Notes under the pieces: generated by a model
The model's database searches: none
Seen by the model: only the letters and a program-made list of their open reading frames with translations
What the model was told of the DNA's origin: nothing
Source of the DNA: the human T2T-CHM13v2.0 reference genome, Homo sapiens
Length of the DNA: 64,000 bases
Direction: 5' to 3' (one strand)
NCBI RefSeq assembly: GCF_009914755.1
Contig: NC_060935.1
Program-made: the position numbers and the translations under genes
In this document: positions 1 to 20,045 of the stretch, in pieces
Position numbering within the stretch: the first letter of the stretch is position 1
How the letters are laid out: every line of letters starts with the position of its first letter

Positions 1-751
1 TTCTAGACATACGATCATGTCATCTACAAAGAGGGACAATTTGACTTTTTTTTTTTTCTTCAGTTTGGATTCCTTTTATTTTTTTCTCTTGCCTGATTAT
101 TCTGGCTAGGACTTCAGGTACTATGTTGAATAGGAGTAGTGAAAGTGAGTATCTTTATCTTGTTCCAGTTCTTAGAGGAAAGGATTTCAGCTTTTCCCCA
201 TTTGGTATAATGTTAGTTATGGATTTGTCATATATGATCTTTATTATGTTGAGGTATGTTTCTTCAATGACTAATTTGTTGAGAGTTTTTTTTTTTTTAA
301 TCAGGAAGCAATGCTAAATTTTATCCAATACTTTTTCTATGCCTTTTGAGATGGCATATATTTTTTGTCCTTCATTCTGCTGACGTGATGTATGACATTT
401 ATTGATTTGCATGATTTGCAAACTTTGAACCATTCTTGCATCTTTGAAATAAATTCTACTTGATTATTGTGTATTTTCTTTTTGAGGTGATGTTGTATTC
501 AGTTTGTTAATATTTTGTTGAGGATTTTTGCATGTATGTTCATCAGTGATATTGGCCTGTAGTTTTTTATTGCATCATTGTCTGCTTTTGGTACCAAGGT
601 AATGCGGTCTTCATAGAATGAGTTAGAGAGAACTCCCTCCTCTTCAATTTTTTGGAATAATTTCAGAAGAATTGGTGCTAGTTCTTGTTAGAAAGTTTGG
701 TAGAATTTGGCAATGAAGCCATCAGGTCCTGGACTTTTCTTTGTTGGGAGA
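1..751 (-). mobile_element. Old LINE-1 (L1M1/L1MA/L1PB-like), ORF2 RT-region fragment; continues at 2071 after a nested L1PA
   Basis: Diverged antisense L1 ORF2 sequence (tcatctacaaagagggacaatttgact; ctatgttgaataggagtagtga), homologous to 13630-14340 in this window. Confidence 0.9.
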
Positions 752-2070
752 TTGTTTTTTAATGGTAATTTTCTCTTTTTTAAAAATTATTTATTTATTT
801 TTAATTTTACTTTGAGTTCCAGGATACATATGCAGAATGTGCACATTTTTTTTTTGTTATATAGGTATATGTGAGCCATGGTAGTTTGTTGAACCTATCC
901 TGTCACCCAGGTTTTAAGCCCCGCATGCATTAGCTATTTGTCCTGAGGCTCTTCTTTCCCTTACCCCCAACCCCCAACAGGCCCTAGTGTGTGTTGTTCC
1001 CCTCCTGTGTCCATGTGTTCTCATTGTTCAACTCCCACTTATAAGTGGGAATATGCAGTGTTTGGTTTTCTGTTCCTGTGTTAGTTTGCTGAAGATGATG
1101 GCATCCAGCTTCATCCATGTCCCTGCAAGGACATGATCTCATTCCTTTTTGTGGCTGCACAGTATTCCATGGTGTCTATGTACCACATTTTCTTTATCCA
1201 GTCCATCATTGATGGCCACTTGAGTTGGTTCCATGTCTTTGCTGTTGTGAATAGTGCTGCAATAAACATATGTGTGCATGTATCTTTACAACAGAATAAT
1301 TTCTATTTCTTTGGGTATATACCCAGTAATGAGATTGCTGGGTCAAATGGTATCTCTGGTTCTAGATCCTTGAGGAATAACCACACTATCTTCCACAATG
1401 GTTGAACTAATTTACATTACCACACACAATGTAAAAGCATTTTTATTTCTCCACAGCCTCGCCAGCATCTGTTGTTTCTTGACTTTTTAATAATAGCCAT
1501 TCTGACTGGGGTGAGATGGTATCTCCTTGTGGTTTTGATTTGCATTTCTCTAATTATCAGAGATGTTGAGCTTTTCTTCATGTTTGTTGGCTGCATAAAT
1601 GTCTTCTTTTGAGAAGGGTCTGTTCATGTCCTTTGCCCAATTTTTGATGGGGTTGTTTGTATTTTTCTTGTAAATTTGTTTAAGTTCCTTGTAAATTCTG
1701 GATATTAGACCTTTGTTAGACGGGTAGATTGCAAAAATGTTCTCCCATTCTGTAGGTTGCCTGTTTCCTCTGATGATAGTTTCTTTTGCTGTGAAGAAGC
1801 TCTTTAGTTTAATTAGACCCCATTTGTCAATTTTAGCTTTTGTTGCAATTGCTTTTGGTAATTTTATCATAAAATATTTGTCCATGCCTATGTCCTGAAT
1901 GGTATTGCCTAGGTTTTCTTCTAGGGTTTTTATGGTTTTGGGCTTTACATGTAAGTCTTTAATCCATCTTGAGTTAATTTTTGTATAAAGTGTAAGGAAG
2001 GGGTCCAGTTTCTGTTTTCTGCATATGGCTAGCCAGTTTTCCCAGCACCATTTATTAAACAGGGAATCCT
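752..2070 (-). mobile_element. 5'-truncated L1PA (about L1PA8-like): 3'UTR plus ORF2 C-terminus, nested in an older L1
   Basis: Degraded poly(T) tail ~752-810; L1PA 3'UTR; ORF 1550-1885(-) matches ORF2 ([15 protein letters not shown]); TSD tttgttgggaga at 740-751 and 2071-2082. Confidence 0.9.
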
Positions 2071-5000
2071 TTTGTTGGGAGACTTTTTATTACTACTTTG
2101 ATTTCATTACTTACTGGTCTGCTCTAGTTTTCCATTTCTTTCTGATTCAACTTTGGTAGGTTGTTTGTTTTCAGGAATGTATTCATTTTCCTTAGGTTTT
2201 TCAGTTTAGTGGTGTGTAGTTGTTCACAATAGTCTCTGAAAATCTTTTGTATTTCTGTGGTATCAGTTGTAATGTCTTCTTTTTCATTTCTGATTTTGTT
2301 TATTTGGGTATTCTCTCTTTTTCTTGGTTAGCCTAGCTAACAGTTTACTGATTTTGTTTACCTTTTCAAAAACAACTTTTAGTTTTGTTGACTCTTTGTA
2401 TTTTTTAGTCTCTATTTCATTTACTTCTGTTCTGATCTTTTTTTCTTCTATGAATTTTGAGTTTTATTCTTGCTTTTCTAGTTCCTTGAGATGCATCATT
2501 AGATTATTTATAATTTTTTAACTTTTTTGATGTAAGCATATATTGCTGTAAACTTTACTCTTAGCACTGCTTTTACTGTATCCCACAGGTTTTGGCATAT
2601 TGTGTTTCAATCTTTAGTAGTTTCAATAAATTATTTAATTTCCTCTTTAATGTCTTCATTGACCCAGTGGCTATTCAGGATAATGTTGTTTAATTTCCAT
2701 GTATTTTTACAGTTTTCCAAGTTCCTCGTTATTAATTTCTAGTTTTAATCCATTGTTATCTGATAAGTTGCTTGATATGACTGATTTTTAAAAACTTGTT
2801 ATTGAGACTTTTTTGTGTCCTAGTATATGGTTTATTTTGAAGAACGTTCCATGTGTTGAGAAAAATGTGTATTCTGTAGTTATTGCATGAAATGTTCTAT
2901 AAATGCATGTTAAGTTTACAAGGTCTAATGTGCAGTTTAATTCCAATGTTTCTAAGTTAATTTTCTGTATAGAGAATCTGTCTAATGCTTAGACTGGGGT
3001 GTTGAAGTCCCTAATTACTATTTTATTAGAGCCTATCTCTCCCTTTAGAGCTAATAATATATGTTTTATATATCTGGATGCTCCATTGTTGGGTGCATAT
3101 GTTTAGAATTGTTATGTCCTGTTGTTATAATGACCTTCTTTGTCTCTTTACTGTTTTTGACTTAAATTCTCTTTTATCTGATACAAGTATAGTTACTCCT
3201 GCTTGCTTTTGGTTTCTGTTTGCATGGAATATCTTTTTCTATTTCTTTACTTTCAGTCTGTATGTGTCTTTATAGTTAAGATTAATTTCTTGTAGGCAGC
3301 ATAATATTAGATCTTTTTAAAATCAAGGTTATTTTTGATGTGTAAGGGCTTCTTCCTGTCGTTTTATTAATTGATTTCTGGTTGTTTTGTATATCCTTTT
3401 TTCTTAAAGCATTTTCAATATATTATTCCATTGTCTCTTGGCCTCTAATGTTTTTGCTGAGAAATCTGTTAGTCTGATGGGGAGTCCCTTATAAGTGACC
3501 TAGCTGCTTTTCTCTTGCTGTTTTTAGAATTCTCTCTTTGTCTCTGACTTCTAACAGCTTGATTATAATGTCCCACAGAGGCTTTTTGCATTGTTTCTGT
3601 TTGGAGAACTCTGTGTTTCCTGGATGTCTAAATCTCTTGCTAGGCTTGGGAAGTTTTCTGCTATTATTTCATTGAATAAATTTTCTAACCCTTTTCCTTC
3701 ACCTTCTGGGACACCAAATATTTATATATTTAATTGCTTTATGGTGTCCCAAGTGTCACATAGGATTTGTTCATTGTTTTTTATTCTTTTTTTACTTTTA
3801 GCTGACTGAGTTATTTCAAAAGACATGTTTTCAAGTTTTGAAATTCTTTACTCCACTTGACTTATTCCATTGTTGAAGCTTTCAAATTTATTTATTTATT
3901 TATTTTTTAATGAATTCTTCAGTTCCAGAATTTCTGTTTGTTTTTTTTTAATGTTATTTATTTCTTTGCTAAGCTGCTCATTCATGTCCTGAATTGTTTT
4001 TCTGAGGTATTGTTTTTATGTGTTCTGTTTTATCTTACTGAGCTTCTTTAATATCATTACTTTAACTTACTTATCCAGGATTTCATAAATTTCTTTTTGA
4101 TTGGAACCTGGTTGCTGGAGAATTATTACGTTCCTTTGGAAGTGTCATATTTTGAAGTGTCATATTTTACTTGCTTTTTTATGCTTCTTGTGTCCTTATG
4201 TTGATATCTGTGCATCTGGTGTAACAGTCACTTCTTGAATTTTTTAAAATTTTGCTTTTGTAGGGGACAATTTTTCCTAAAGATATATCTATGATTTCAG
4301 TTGGGTAAGGCACTTTGGCTTTGATTCTGAGTATGTGCAGTAGTGTAGTCTTCATGTGACTTATTTGGCTGTACACAGCACCAGTGGTTTCTGTGATTTC
4401 CTCAGTGGCTTAGGGTGTGGTTGTTGATGAAGGATGTAGTGATGTTTTTCTGGGCATGGGGATACCAGGTGGGCCTCTCCTTGGGCCCCAGTAGTGGCAG
4501 TGGCAAGCTGAGCATGCCTGTCCTTGGGATCCAGGGTGGCATATTCTGGCACGGATGTTAGCAGGTTCAGGTCAGCTTATTCTTGGGCTTCCAGGCAGCC
4601 TACTCAGGTGCTGTTAGTGGCAGTGGTGGGCTTCGCAGGTGGGTGTGGCATGGGTGATGGAGGTAGCAGTGGTAGCGCTAACCTCTGGGTCCTAAGCAGT
4701 CTGCACTGGTGTTGACAGTGGCTGTGATGGGCTAGGTGGCCTAGTCCCCAGGCCTGGAGGTGGCACATGTGGGGAGGGGGGGATGCCACTCTGGTGGTAG
4801 CAGAAGGCTAGGTGATCCCACCCTCAGACCCCCAGAAAGACTGCTCAGGTGCCAAGGATGGTGGATCAGGCTGGGTAGTCCCCAGGCCCCTGGATGGCAT
4901 ATTTGGGCACTGAAAAAATGGAACCAGGCCAGGTAAATCTGTCATCAGGACCACTGGTGGTGCATGCAGATGCTGTCTGTGGTAGGCCAGGGTGAGGTCA

Positions 5001-5836
5001 TCCCCAGGCCCAAGGCAAAATGTTTAGGTGGGTGTGGCAGCAGCTGCACTGCAGCCCTGCTACTGGTGAGGGCAGTGTTGCTTTCAGCGGCAGCAATCAT
5101 ATGCCGGCAGCTGGGAAATATGCACTTTATTTATGCTTTGGCCCCAGCTGCTATAGCCTGCAGCAGCAGCTGCTGCAAGTGGGGGAGTTTGTCTTTGAGG
5201 CATGTGAAAATGCATGGAAACTTTGCTGCTGGTGGCAGCAGGATCTTTGCCAATGGCTAGTGCTTTAGCTCTGGAGGCAGCAGCCAGCTGCAGCAGTGGC
5301 TGCAGGTAAGGAATATAAGTTGGGCTCCAGAGATGTGGAAATGCAGGGGCTACTGGGCCCCTGGACGGGATGCAGTGTTGCGGGGGCTGGGCTTTTAATA
5401 TGGAACCTTGCTGTAGCTGCTTATGGCTTCATGAGGGAAAGGGTGAGCCCTACTATGAGCTCCCTCTCCGGAGCAATACTTTCACATGGTCTTTAGGCAG
5501 CTTCCTATGTTAGTCACAGGGATTGCGAGGGTCTAGGAGTTTTCCTGTAGCTAAGATGCAGGAGTCCATGGTTGGAATGTACATCACTGGAGGTCACTTG
5601 CTTACTCTTTCCCTGCATTAGAGAGCCTCTCCAGGCTCTCAGCCAATCCTACTGAGCAGTCTGCCTTGCTTCCCTCTCTTTTCCGTGCTTTAAGTGTTTT
5701 CTGTTACTTCTATATTGAATTCCAGTGCTCTCTCTTTGATGATCTATTTGAAGTGTGATTATCTACTCACTATTTGGTTCTTCTTTGTGGAAAAGGCGTT
5801 TACCAGATGCCTCTAGTCAGCCACCTTGAAGCCCCT
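2071..5836 (-). mobile_element. Old LINE-1, 5' half (EN region, ORF1 remnants, GC-rich 5'UTR) reaching the element's 5' end
   Basis: EN-region homology (ggggtgttgaagtccc, gttgggtgcatatgtttag); GC-rich 4380-5830; ends agatgcctctagtcagccaccttgaagcccc, resembling the 5' terminus of L1M1/L1PB-type elements with a degenerate YY1 site. Confidence 0.8.
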
Positions 5837-5865
5837 CAACATTAAATTTTGAAAAAGTTGCAGCG

Positions 5866-6143
5866 TAGTATATATAGTATGAAAGCAATATATAAAAACA
5901 CACATGCATGTATACACATATACATGTGTGTATATACATATACATATGCACGAGCACAGTTATAAACTTATATAGAATATATATTACACATTAATATTAT
6001 TTACTATATAATACACCTAGACTGTTAAAATATATATTTGTATATTTTTATACATCTATATATGTCAAAGTGTGTTCGCGTGTATGTATGTGTATATCTC
6101 TGTGTGTGTGTATATTTATATATATATATATACATATATATAT

Positions 6144-6174
<31 letters not shown>

Positions 6175-6189
6175 TATTTTTTTTTTTTC
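5866..6189. repeat. (TA)n/(CA)n/(TG)n low-complexity tract ending in poly(T)
   Basis: Directly visible alternating purine-pyrimidine repeats. Confidence 0.9.
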
Positions 6190-7189
6190 ACAGTGATTAT
6201 CCCTGAGGAGTGGCATTGGGGGGAAGGTGTGCAAAACCAGGAAATTTTTACTCTTTGATTATAAACTTCTCTAGTGTTAGACTTTTTTTTTTTTTACAGT
6301 TAGCAAGCATTACTTACATTTTTTTTAATTAGAAAATGTGCATGACGCACAGTAGGCAGTGAATAATGGTAGCTCCTATTTGGAGAAGGTAGCATTTACT
6401 GAGTTTTGCTATGTGTCGAGTTGCTTTAGGTACTTTCACATAAACTGTCTCGTCTAACCCTCTCCTGCTGCTGAACCACACCTCTTGGCCCTTGGCTGAG
6501 TCCTCTTCTTGCCACACTAGCTGCATCATCCTGTTCTCCAAGACACACACAAACCCCAGATGCCACCTCTGCTCCAGCAAAAAGGGCCCCTTTGGCGCTG
6601 GCCAACTCCAGGATGCAAGTGGAACCAGAGGAGCATCAGAGGACAGAGGTGTGCAGGCAGCATGCCCAGTGCAATTAGAGGCGGATTAAGATGGAAACAG
6701 TGTGGGGTCCAGGCGTGATGTGTTTTTGTCATCTTGTCTCGGATTAGTAGTAATATATCTGCTGGTGTGATGGACGCATCTGCTTTCGTTTATTCTGAGC
6801 CCTGGTAAGCTCACAGGCTTGGATTAAAGCAAAATCATGCTGAGCGAACACTGCTATTTAGCTACTTTTTCCCCCTCTCTTTTTCTTTTCCATTTTCAAG
6901 TTTTAATGTGAATGTAGCAAGAAGCCATTTTCATCCAACATGATGACTTGGAAAAGATGCCTCTACTTCTTATATTCTGAAGGGGAGGAGGCCTGAACCA
7001 GAAGGTGGGACCTGAGAGGTCAGGTGTGTATTATAAAGGGCAGAAAAGAGAAAGGAGAGAGATTCTGTGGGTTGTAGAGAAAAATGTGAATTTGTAGGAA
7101 CAGTTCTGAGATGACTAGATCTGCTACACTTTCCCATTAAAGCAATAAACAGCCACCTCCTCCAACAACAAAGTTGACAGTGCCCTGTA

Positions 7190-7700
7190 TATTTCACTCC
7201 ACATTTTACACCTCACAGAGGATTGGGCTTCTCCTGTCTTTTCTCTTGAGTCTTGGAGGAAGTGGGCTCTGGACCTCCCTGCCTCCTTACTGCTCTGCCA
7301 TGCTCATCCAGCCACTTCAAGTGCGAGACGACCTCTCTGGTGTGAGCTCCTCTTCAGGCCAAGCTATAGTTAGATGGATCCATCACAGGTGCATCTCCTC
7401 ATTTCTGAAACCAGGGGCTCAACAAGCTCATCTGCCTTATTTCACACCTAGTATTCCTTTAGTTGGATGTCTGGTTAACTCCGTCATTTCTTGCTGGCTG
7501 CCCAAATTCTGCCTCTCAATGCTGAGTCAAACAACTCCCTTTGCAGCCACCTGAATCCCATCTTAGAAAGTCTGCCTTCCTTGGTTTCAGCCCAGCACCT
7601 ATTTATCCAAGTCAAAGCTTCAGACACTTTTTGGTGGACTACACAAGATCTTGAGAGTTCCCCTCTCTCTACCTAGTCGGGTTTTTCTGGTCAGACAATA
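7190..7700 (+). mobile_element. Degraded L2 LINE fragment
   Basis: Pyrimidine-rich L2-like phrases (tctctggtgtgagctcc, cccaaattctgcctctcaatg). Confidence 0.5.
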
Positions 7701-8679
7701 TGCTCCTTTACGCCATCCTTGTGTACTTAGCAATTTGCACCAATTCATCCTGCCAGTTCCTCTTGAGTTTCCTGTATTGTTTCAACTTCCTTTTTCTTTT
7801 AAACATATTCAGGACAGCAACATCTTTGTTAACCAAGGAGAAAAATTACAAAAACATATTTCTGAAATATTATAACCAAATGTAGACTTTATAAATGAGG
7901 CCTAGGAATAAACGTTAGGCTACCGGGTGAGAGAGATTAAGGTAGGAACAGTCTTTAAAAGTGAAATAAAATGATGCTGAAAGTCCTCGGGGTTGCATGG
8001 GACAGAGGGAAGGGGTGGCAGTGATTAGGTGAAGTTTAGGAGAATTGGAGGAGAAGATAGAGCTGAATTCAAACCAGAAGAGGTGTAAGGGGTGGTAGGA
8101 GGGCAGGACTGTAGCTGCCCTCCCTTGGAGTGAGGCAGGCTTTGGGTCCTAAAAATAGTGGCTGAGGGATTCACTTTCTTTTATCATCTGCATGGCTTGG
8201 GACTTCAATATCCTCAGATGACTGCATACCTTCTCCCTGACCCAGTCTACCAGAGCAGGGGCCATTTAACGGGGGCAGTCCCTCTGACTACACTCCATCT
8301 CCAGCAAAATAAAAGGCACTTGAAAAGGGCTCAATCAGATTCACCTTCAGAACAGCAGAATCTGGCTAATGTGATTTCAAGCTTCCCCTCACTGCCCCTG
8401 GAGCTCTCCACCTTCTTGCTGATGTCTCAGATTCTTTTAACAAGGGAAAAAGACTTTCATGCCACAATTAGGAATAAAAGGCATAAAATGCATGCCTGGC
8501 TGAGCTCCAGTTGGAGAATAATCAATCAATCCTTGGAATATAAATTACTGATATCAGATTCTTCCCTGCTATGATACAGGGGGGAGGGTTAAAAGAGTTG
8601 ACACCTGAAATGGGCATTGCCAAGGAGATGGGCGGGGAGGGAGAGCAGTCCCTTTCAGGTGTACACCTTGAGGTTTGAA

Positions 8680-8699
8680 GTGTGTGTGTGTGTGTGTGT
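8680..8699. repeat. (TG)n microsatellite
   Basis: Visible. Confidence 0.9.
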
Positions 8700-8714
8700 A
8701 TGCTTTGTGTCACT

Positions 8715-8875
8715 TAGTGTTCACAATTCTGGGAGGCAGGCATTTGTATTCTTCCTGTTGTGCAAAAAAGGAAACTGAGGCTCAGAGCTGTCAAGTAACT
8801 ATTCCCAGGACCAGTGACTATGAAACAAGAGATATTTAGTTTGAACTTGTACCTGAGGTTCTGACTGCAAGCCCA
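8715..8875 (-). mobile_element. MIR SINE
   Basis: MIR core ggaaactgaggctcagag. Confidence 0.75.
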
Positions 8876-9274
8876 GTGAACTTGAAAAAATACACCAAAG
8901 CTACAGAAAGAAACTGGAGACAAAAGAAATACCCTACAAACTTTTTCAATTTTGTCTTGGCTGAGACTTGTTTACCTTCAAATAGGGGAGGACACATGAA
9001 TGTGTATGTGGAGCAATTTTAGTATGGAACTGCCAAGGCAGGCAGCCCGCTTTGCATGATTTATGAAGACAACGAAAAAAAGGAAGTTGAGAGTTGACTT
9101 TGTAAAAATAACCTCCATTTACTGTGAATTTGCTATTTGAAGTACACCCCTGTTTTCATTAATTTATCCTCCCTTCACAAAGTTCCTTTGACCTTTCCTT
9201 TTCAATCCACTTATGCAGCCGAGGGCTTAAACTATTTCTAGTTTATCATGGACATTATGCTTATTTTTCTTTAA

Positions 9275-11680
<2,406 letters not shown>

Positions 11681-11690
11681 GAATTACACT

Positions 11691-16716
<5,026 letters not shown>

Positions 16717-16733
16717 TGAATTACACTCTTTTT

Positions 16734-17310
16734 AAATATTAAATCAACCTTGCATTTTTGTGATAAACTTAAGGTATCTTTTTTATATATTCTTTAATTT
16801 TATTTGATGATATCAGGCTTATGAATCTTCTGTCTAGGTTTGTGAGTAACTTTGACTTACACTTTTTCTTTCTTGTAATATTCTTGTCAGGTTTTGATAT
16901 CAAGGTTTCCTAATGCTTTAGATGAACTGGGGAGAATTCCCTCTTTTTCAAAAGTCTTTGGAAAAATTTTTGTAAAAGTTTTGCTATCTCTTCCTTAAAT
17001 GTAGTAGATTTCACTACAGATGCCATCTAGACCTGAAGTATGTGTATATGTGTGTGTGTGTGTGTGTGTGAGCATTTGAAACTATAGATTTGTTTCTCCA
17101 TTATATGTAGGACTATTCAGATTTTCTCTTTCTTTCTGTATCAGTTTTGGTAAGTTGTGGGATTTTTTTTTTTTTTTGAGAAATATGTCCATTAAACCTA
17201 CAGTTGCAAATGTATTGGTATGGAGTTGTTTATAATAGCTTCATGTTCTTCTTAGTTCTGTGGGATCTGTAGTAGTATCACCTTTTCCATTCCTAATATT
17301 AGGTACTTGT
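16734..17310 (-). mobile_element. Continuation of the ancient L1M ORF2 remnant, containing (TG)n at ~17049-17070
   Basis: aaatcaaccttgcatt, cttgtcaggttttgatatcaagg, gccatctagacctga are diverged L1 ORF2 antisense. Confidence 0.75.
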
Positions 17311-17559
17311 TCCTATACTCAATAAGAAGAAATGTATTTCTTTTTCAGATCCTGGGGCTTTATGGATCTAGAAATGCTGGTGTAGATGTCTTTTACCTCT
17401 GTGTTACCATTCCTAGCACCTAGCTCTCTCCTCCTACCATCACCTGTAGACACTAAAACCAGGCTAGGGAACCAGGGAGTTCCCCTAAATATTACTGGTA
17501 TAATCACCAGTCTCTTATTTCTACTGCTCTATTTTAGTTGATTTTTAGACTAATATTTA

Positions 17560-18350
17560 TATATTTTAAGTTTTTATTGAAGTATAACATACATACACTA
17601 TATCATACAGCTCAATGAATTCCCAGAAATGTACCTGTATAATCAGCACCCATAAGAAACAAAACATTACTAGGACTCCAGAAGCCTTCACCATGCTCCC
17701 TTCTAGTTATACATTCCACAAGGGTAAGCATCATCCAGACTTCAAATGGCATAGATTGGCTTTGTCTTCCTATAAATGTCTCTATTCTTTCACTTAAAAT
17801 TATGTGTTTGAGAAGCATTCCTACTATTGCATATAGCTGTAGAATGCTAATTTTCATTGCTGCATCATATTGCACTGTATTAATATATCATAATTTATTT
17901 ATCTAGTGTACTATTGATGGGCATTAGAATAGTTTCCAGATTGGTATGACTACAAATAGTTATACTGTGAACACTCTACTTATTTCTTGGTCAACATATG
18001 TATGCATTTCTTTTGGATATATACTTAAGAGTGGAATTGCTTGGTTGTAGTGTTTGCATATGTTCAGCTATAGTGTACATAAAATATACTAACAAGAAGT
18101 TTTACAAAATAATTCTATAAATTTACACTCCTTACAAGCAATGTATGAGAGTTCCATTTTTTTCTACATTCATGCCAACACTTGATATTTTCCATCTTTT
18201 TCATTTTATCAGTTGGCTACATGTGTAGTAGCATTGTATAGTGACTTTACATAGCATTTTCTTGATGTCTAATAAAGGTAGGGATCTTTTTATTTATTGG
18301 TTACTTGGTTATCTTCTGTGTTTACTCAAGTCTTTTGCGCATTTTTTTAG
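17560..18350 (-). mobile_element. Ancient L1ME-like 3' end
   Basis: ttttattgaagtataacatacatac start; ggatatatacttaagagtggaattgcttgg; gcaatgtatgagagttcca. Confidence 0.8.
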
Positions 18351-18789
18351 AGTTAACTTTTTTTCATTATAAAAATTATGTATGTTCATGATAGAAGATT
18401 TGAAAAACATAGAAAAGTATATACAAATAAAATTCACCCATGGTTCCATTAATTTTTAAACACTAGAACATTTATAATTTTACCACTTTATATTATGCAA
18501 TGTAGTTATAGTTGTAAGGTAGTTATAAAATAATACAGTCTTTATGTTTATATTTTCCTAAACAATTATTCACCCCCATTTTTCTTAGGGTCCTCAAAAA
18601 CACATAAAGAAATAGGGACTTAGGGGAGGTCCTTTTTTCTTTCGACCTTAAAGTCAGTTGAGGATATTAGCCCCTTAATCTCATCTGATCATAGGGTACC
18701 CTCTTGCTGGTCACAGGGCCAAGCCTATTTCTGGCTTTTCTGTGTTTGAGAGTAGGCACAGCTGGGAATCATTTGTGCTGAGTTTGTTC

Positions 18790-19490
18790 CTTCTCCAGGT
18801 TAATGACATCACCACCCTCCTTCTTTCCCGAACCAGACACCCAAGTCAGCTCCTACTCCTTTTTTTCACACAGCTCCATTTCACCAAGTCCAAACCTTTC
18901 CTTCCCCGAGCCAGTTACCTAATTTGGGCCTCTTCTGTCTTCTGAATTATTCCCCTCTATTGTTACCCCACTCATTCCTCCCCCTCCAGTCCAGTCCATT
19001 CTTCATGCCCCAGGAAGCCTTTCTGAAAAGCACATCTAGCCATGTCACCTCCCTGCTTACAGAATTTTAGGGGCTTCCCAGTGTTCTCATGTAAGATCCA
19101 GCCCCTTCAGGTAGTCTGCCTGGCCTCTTCCAATCTGGTCCCAGCTTTCTCTAGCTTCACCTGCTGCCACTGATAGATCATAGACCTCTGTGCTTCAGAG
19201 CTTTGGTTCAAAGTCCTCTCTGCTTAACATGTCCTCACCTTGTTTCTCTGATGGCAAAATCCTGTGCACATTTTTCAAAGTCTGGTTCAAGTGCCATCCT
19301 GAGCTCCTAGACAGAATTAATCTGCTCTCTCCTGGTTGTTGTACAAACCACTTAGCCCAGTGAATTGCTGTTGTTTCTTTGTCACCTTAGTCACACAATG
19401 CATTTCTCAAATCTTTATCTCTTGCATCCTGAGCACTTGGCACAAGGTCTGGCATATGATGGGTGTTTCATAAACATTCAAGGGATGCCT
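18790..19490 (+). mobile_element. L2 LINE 3' fragment
   Basis: ccagtccattcttcatg, catgtcacctccctgctta; L2 tail gcacttggcacaaggtctggcatatgatgggtgtttcataaacatt. Confidence 0.75.
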
Positions 19491-19524
19491 AAAAGGATTA
19501 ACAAAAGGTAAAAAGCAAAGGAAA

Positions 19525-19735
19525 CTAATGTTAGTTAAGAACTTGCTATGTACTGGGCACTTTACTTTTATGTTATCTTTTAAACTTCCTAACAATCCTA
19601 TGAATTAAGTGGTATCCTTATTACTCCCATTTTTTGTGAATGAGAAAATTAAGGCACAGAGAAATTTAGTAGTTTGCTTGTGGTCGTACAGCTAATAAAT
19701 GGCAGGGCCAAGATTTAACTCTAAGTCTGGAAACA
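19525..19735 (-). mobile_element. MIR SINE
   Basis: tcctaacaatcctatgaa...cccattttttgtgaatgagaaaattaaggcacagaga. Confidence 0.8.
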
Positions 19736-19829
19736 AACTTAGTTGTTTACCATGAAACCAACTACTCACAGATTATCGTAATAATGATAATGATAACAAC
19801 CATTAGGATAGTAATAATAAAATGATCAC

Positions 19830-20045
19830 AGTACTTGACATTTGTATATTACTTGTCAGTTCACAAAGCATTTTTTCATCCATTATTGTTGCTTGAGTCT
19901 CATCACAAACATGAAGTTGGAAGAATTATCCACCACCTCTAACTGACTAAGAAAATGAAGTTTGAGGATTAAAGTGCTTTGCCTAAGGTCACAGGCTTAG
20001 TAAGCAGCAGAGCTGTAACTTAAATCCAGGTCTTCTAGCAATAAG
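19830..20045 (-). mobile_element. MIR SINE
   Basis: ttaaagtgctttgcctaaggtcacaggcttagtaagcagcagagctg. Confidence 0.7.

Noticed and set aside
4380-5500. GC-rich stretch as a CpG-island promoter
   Set aside because: CpG-depleted and explained as the 5'UTR of the old L1
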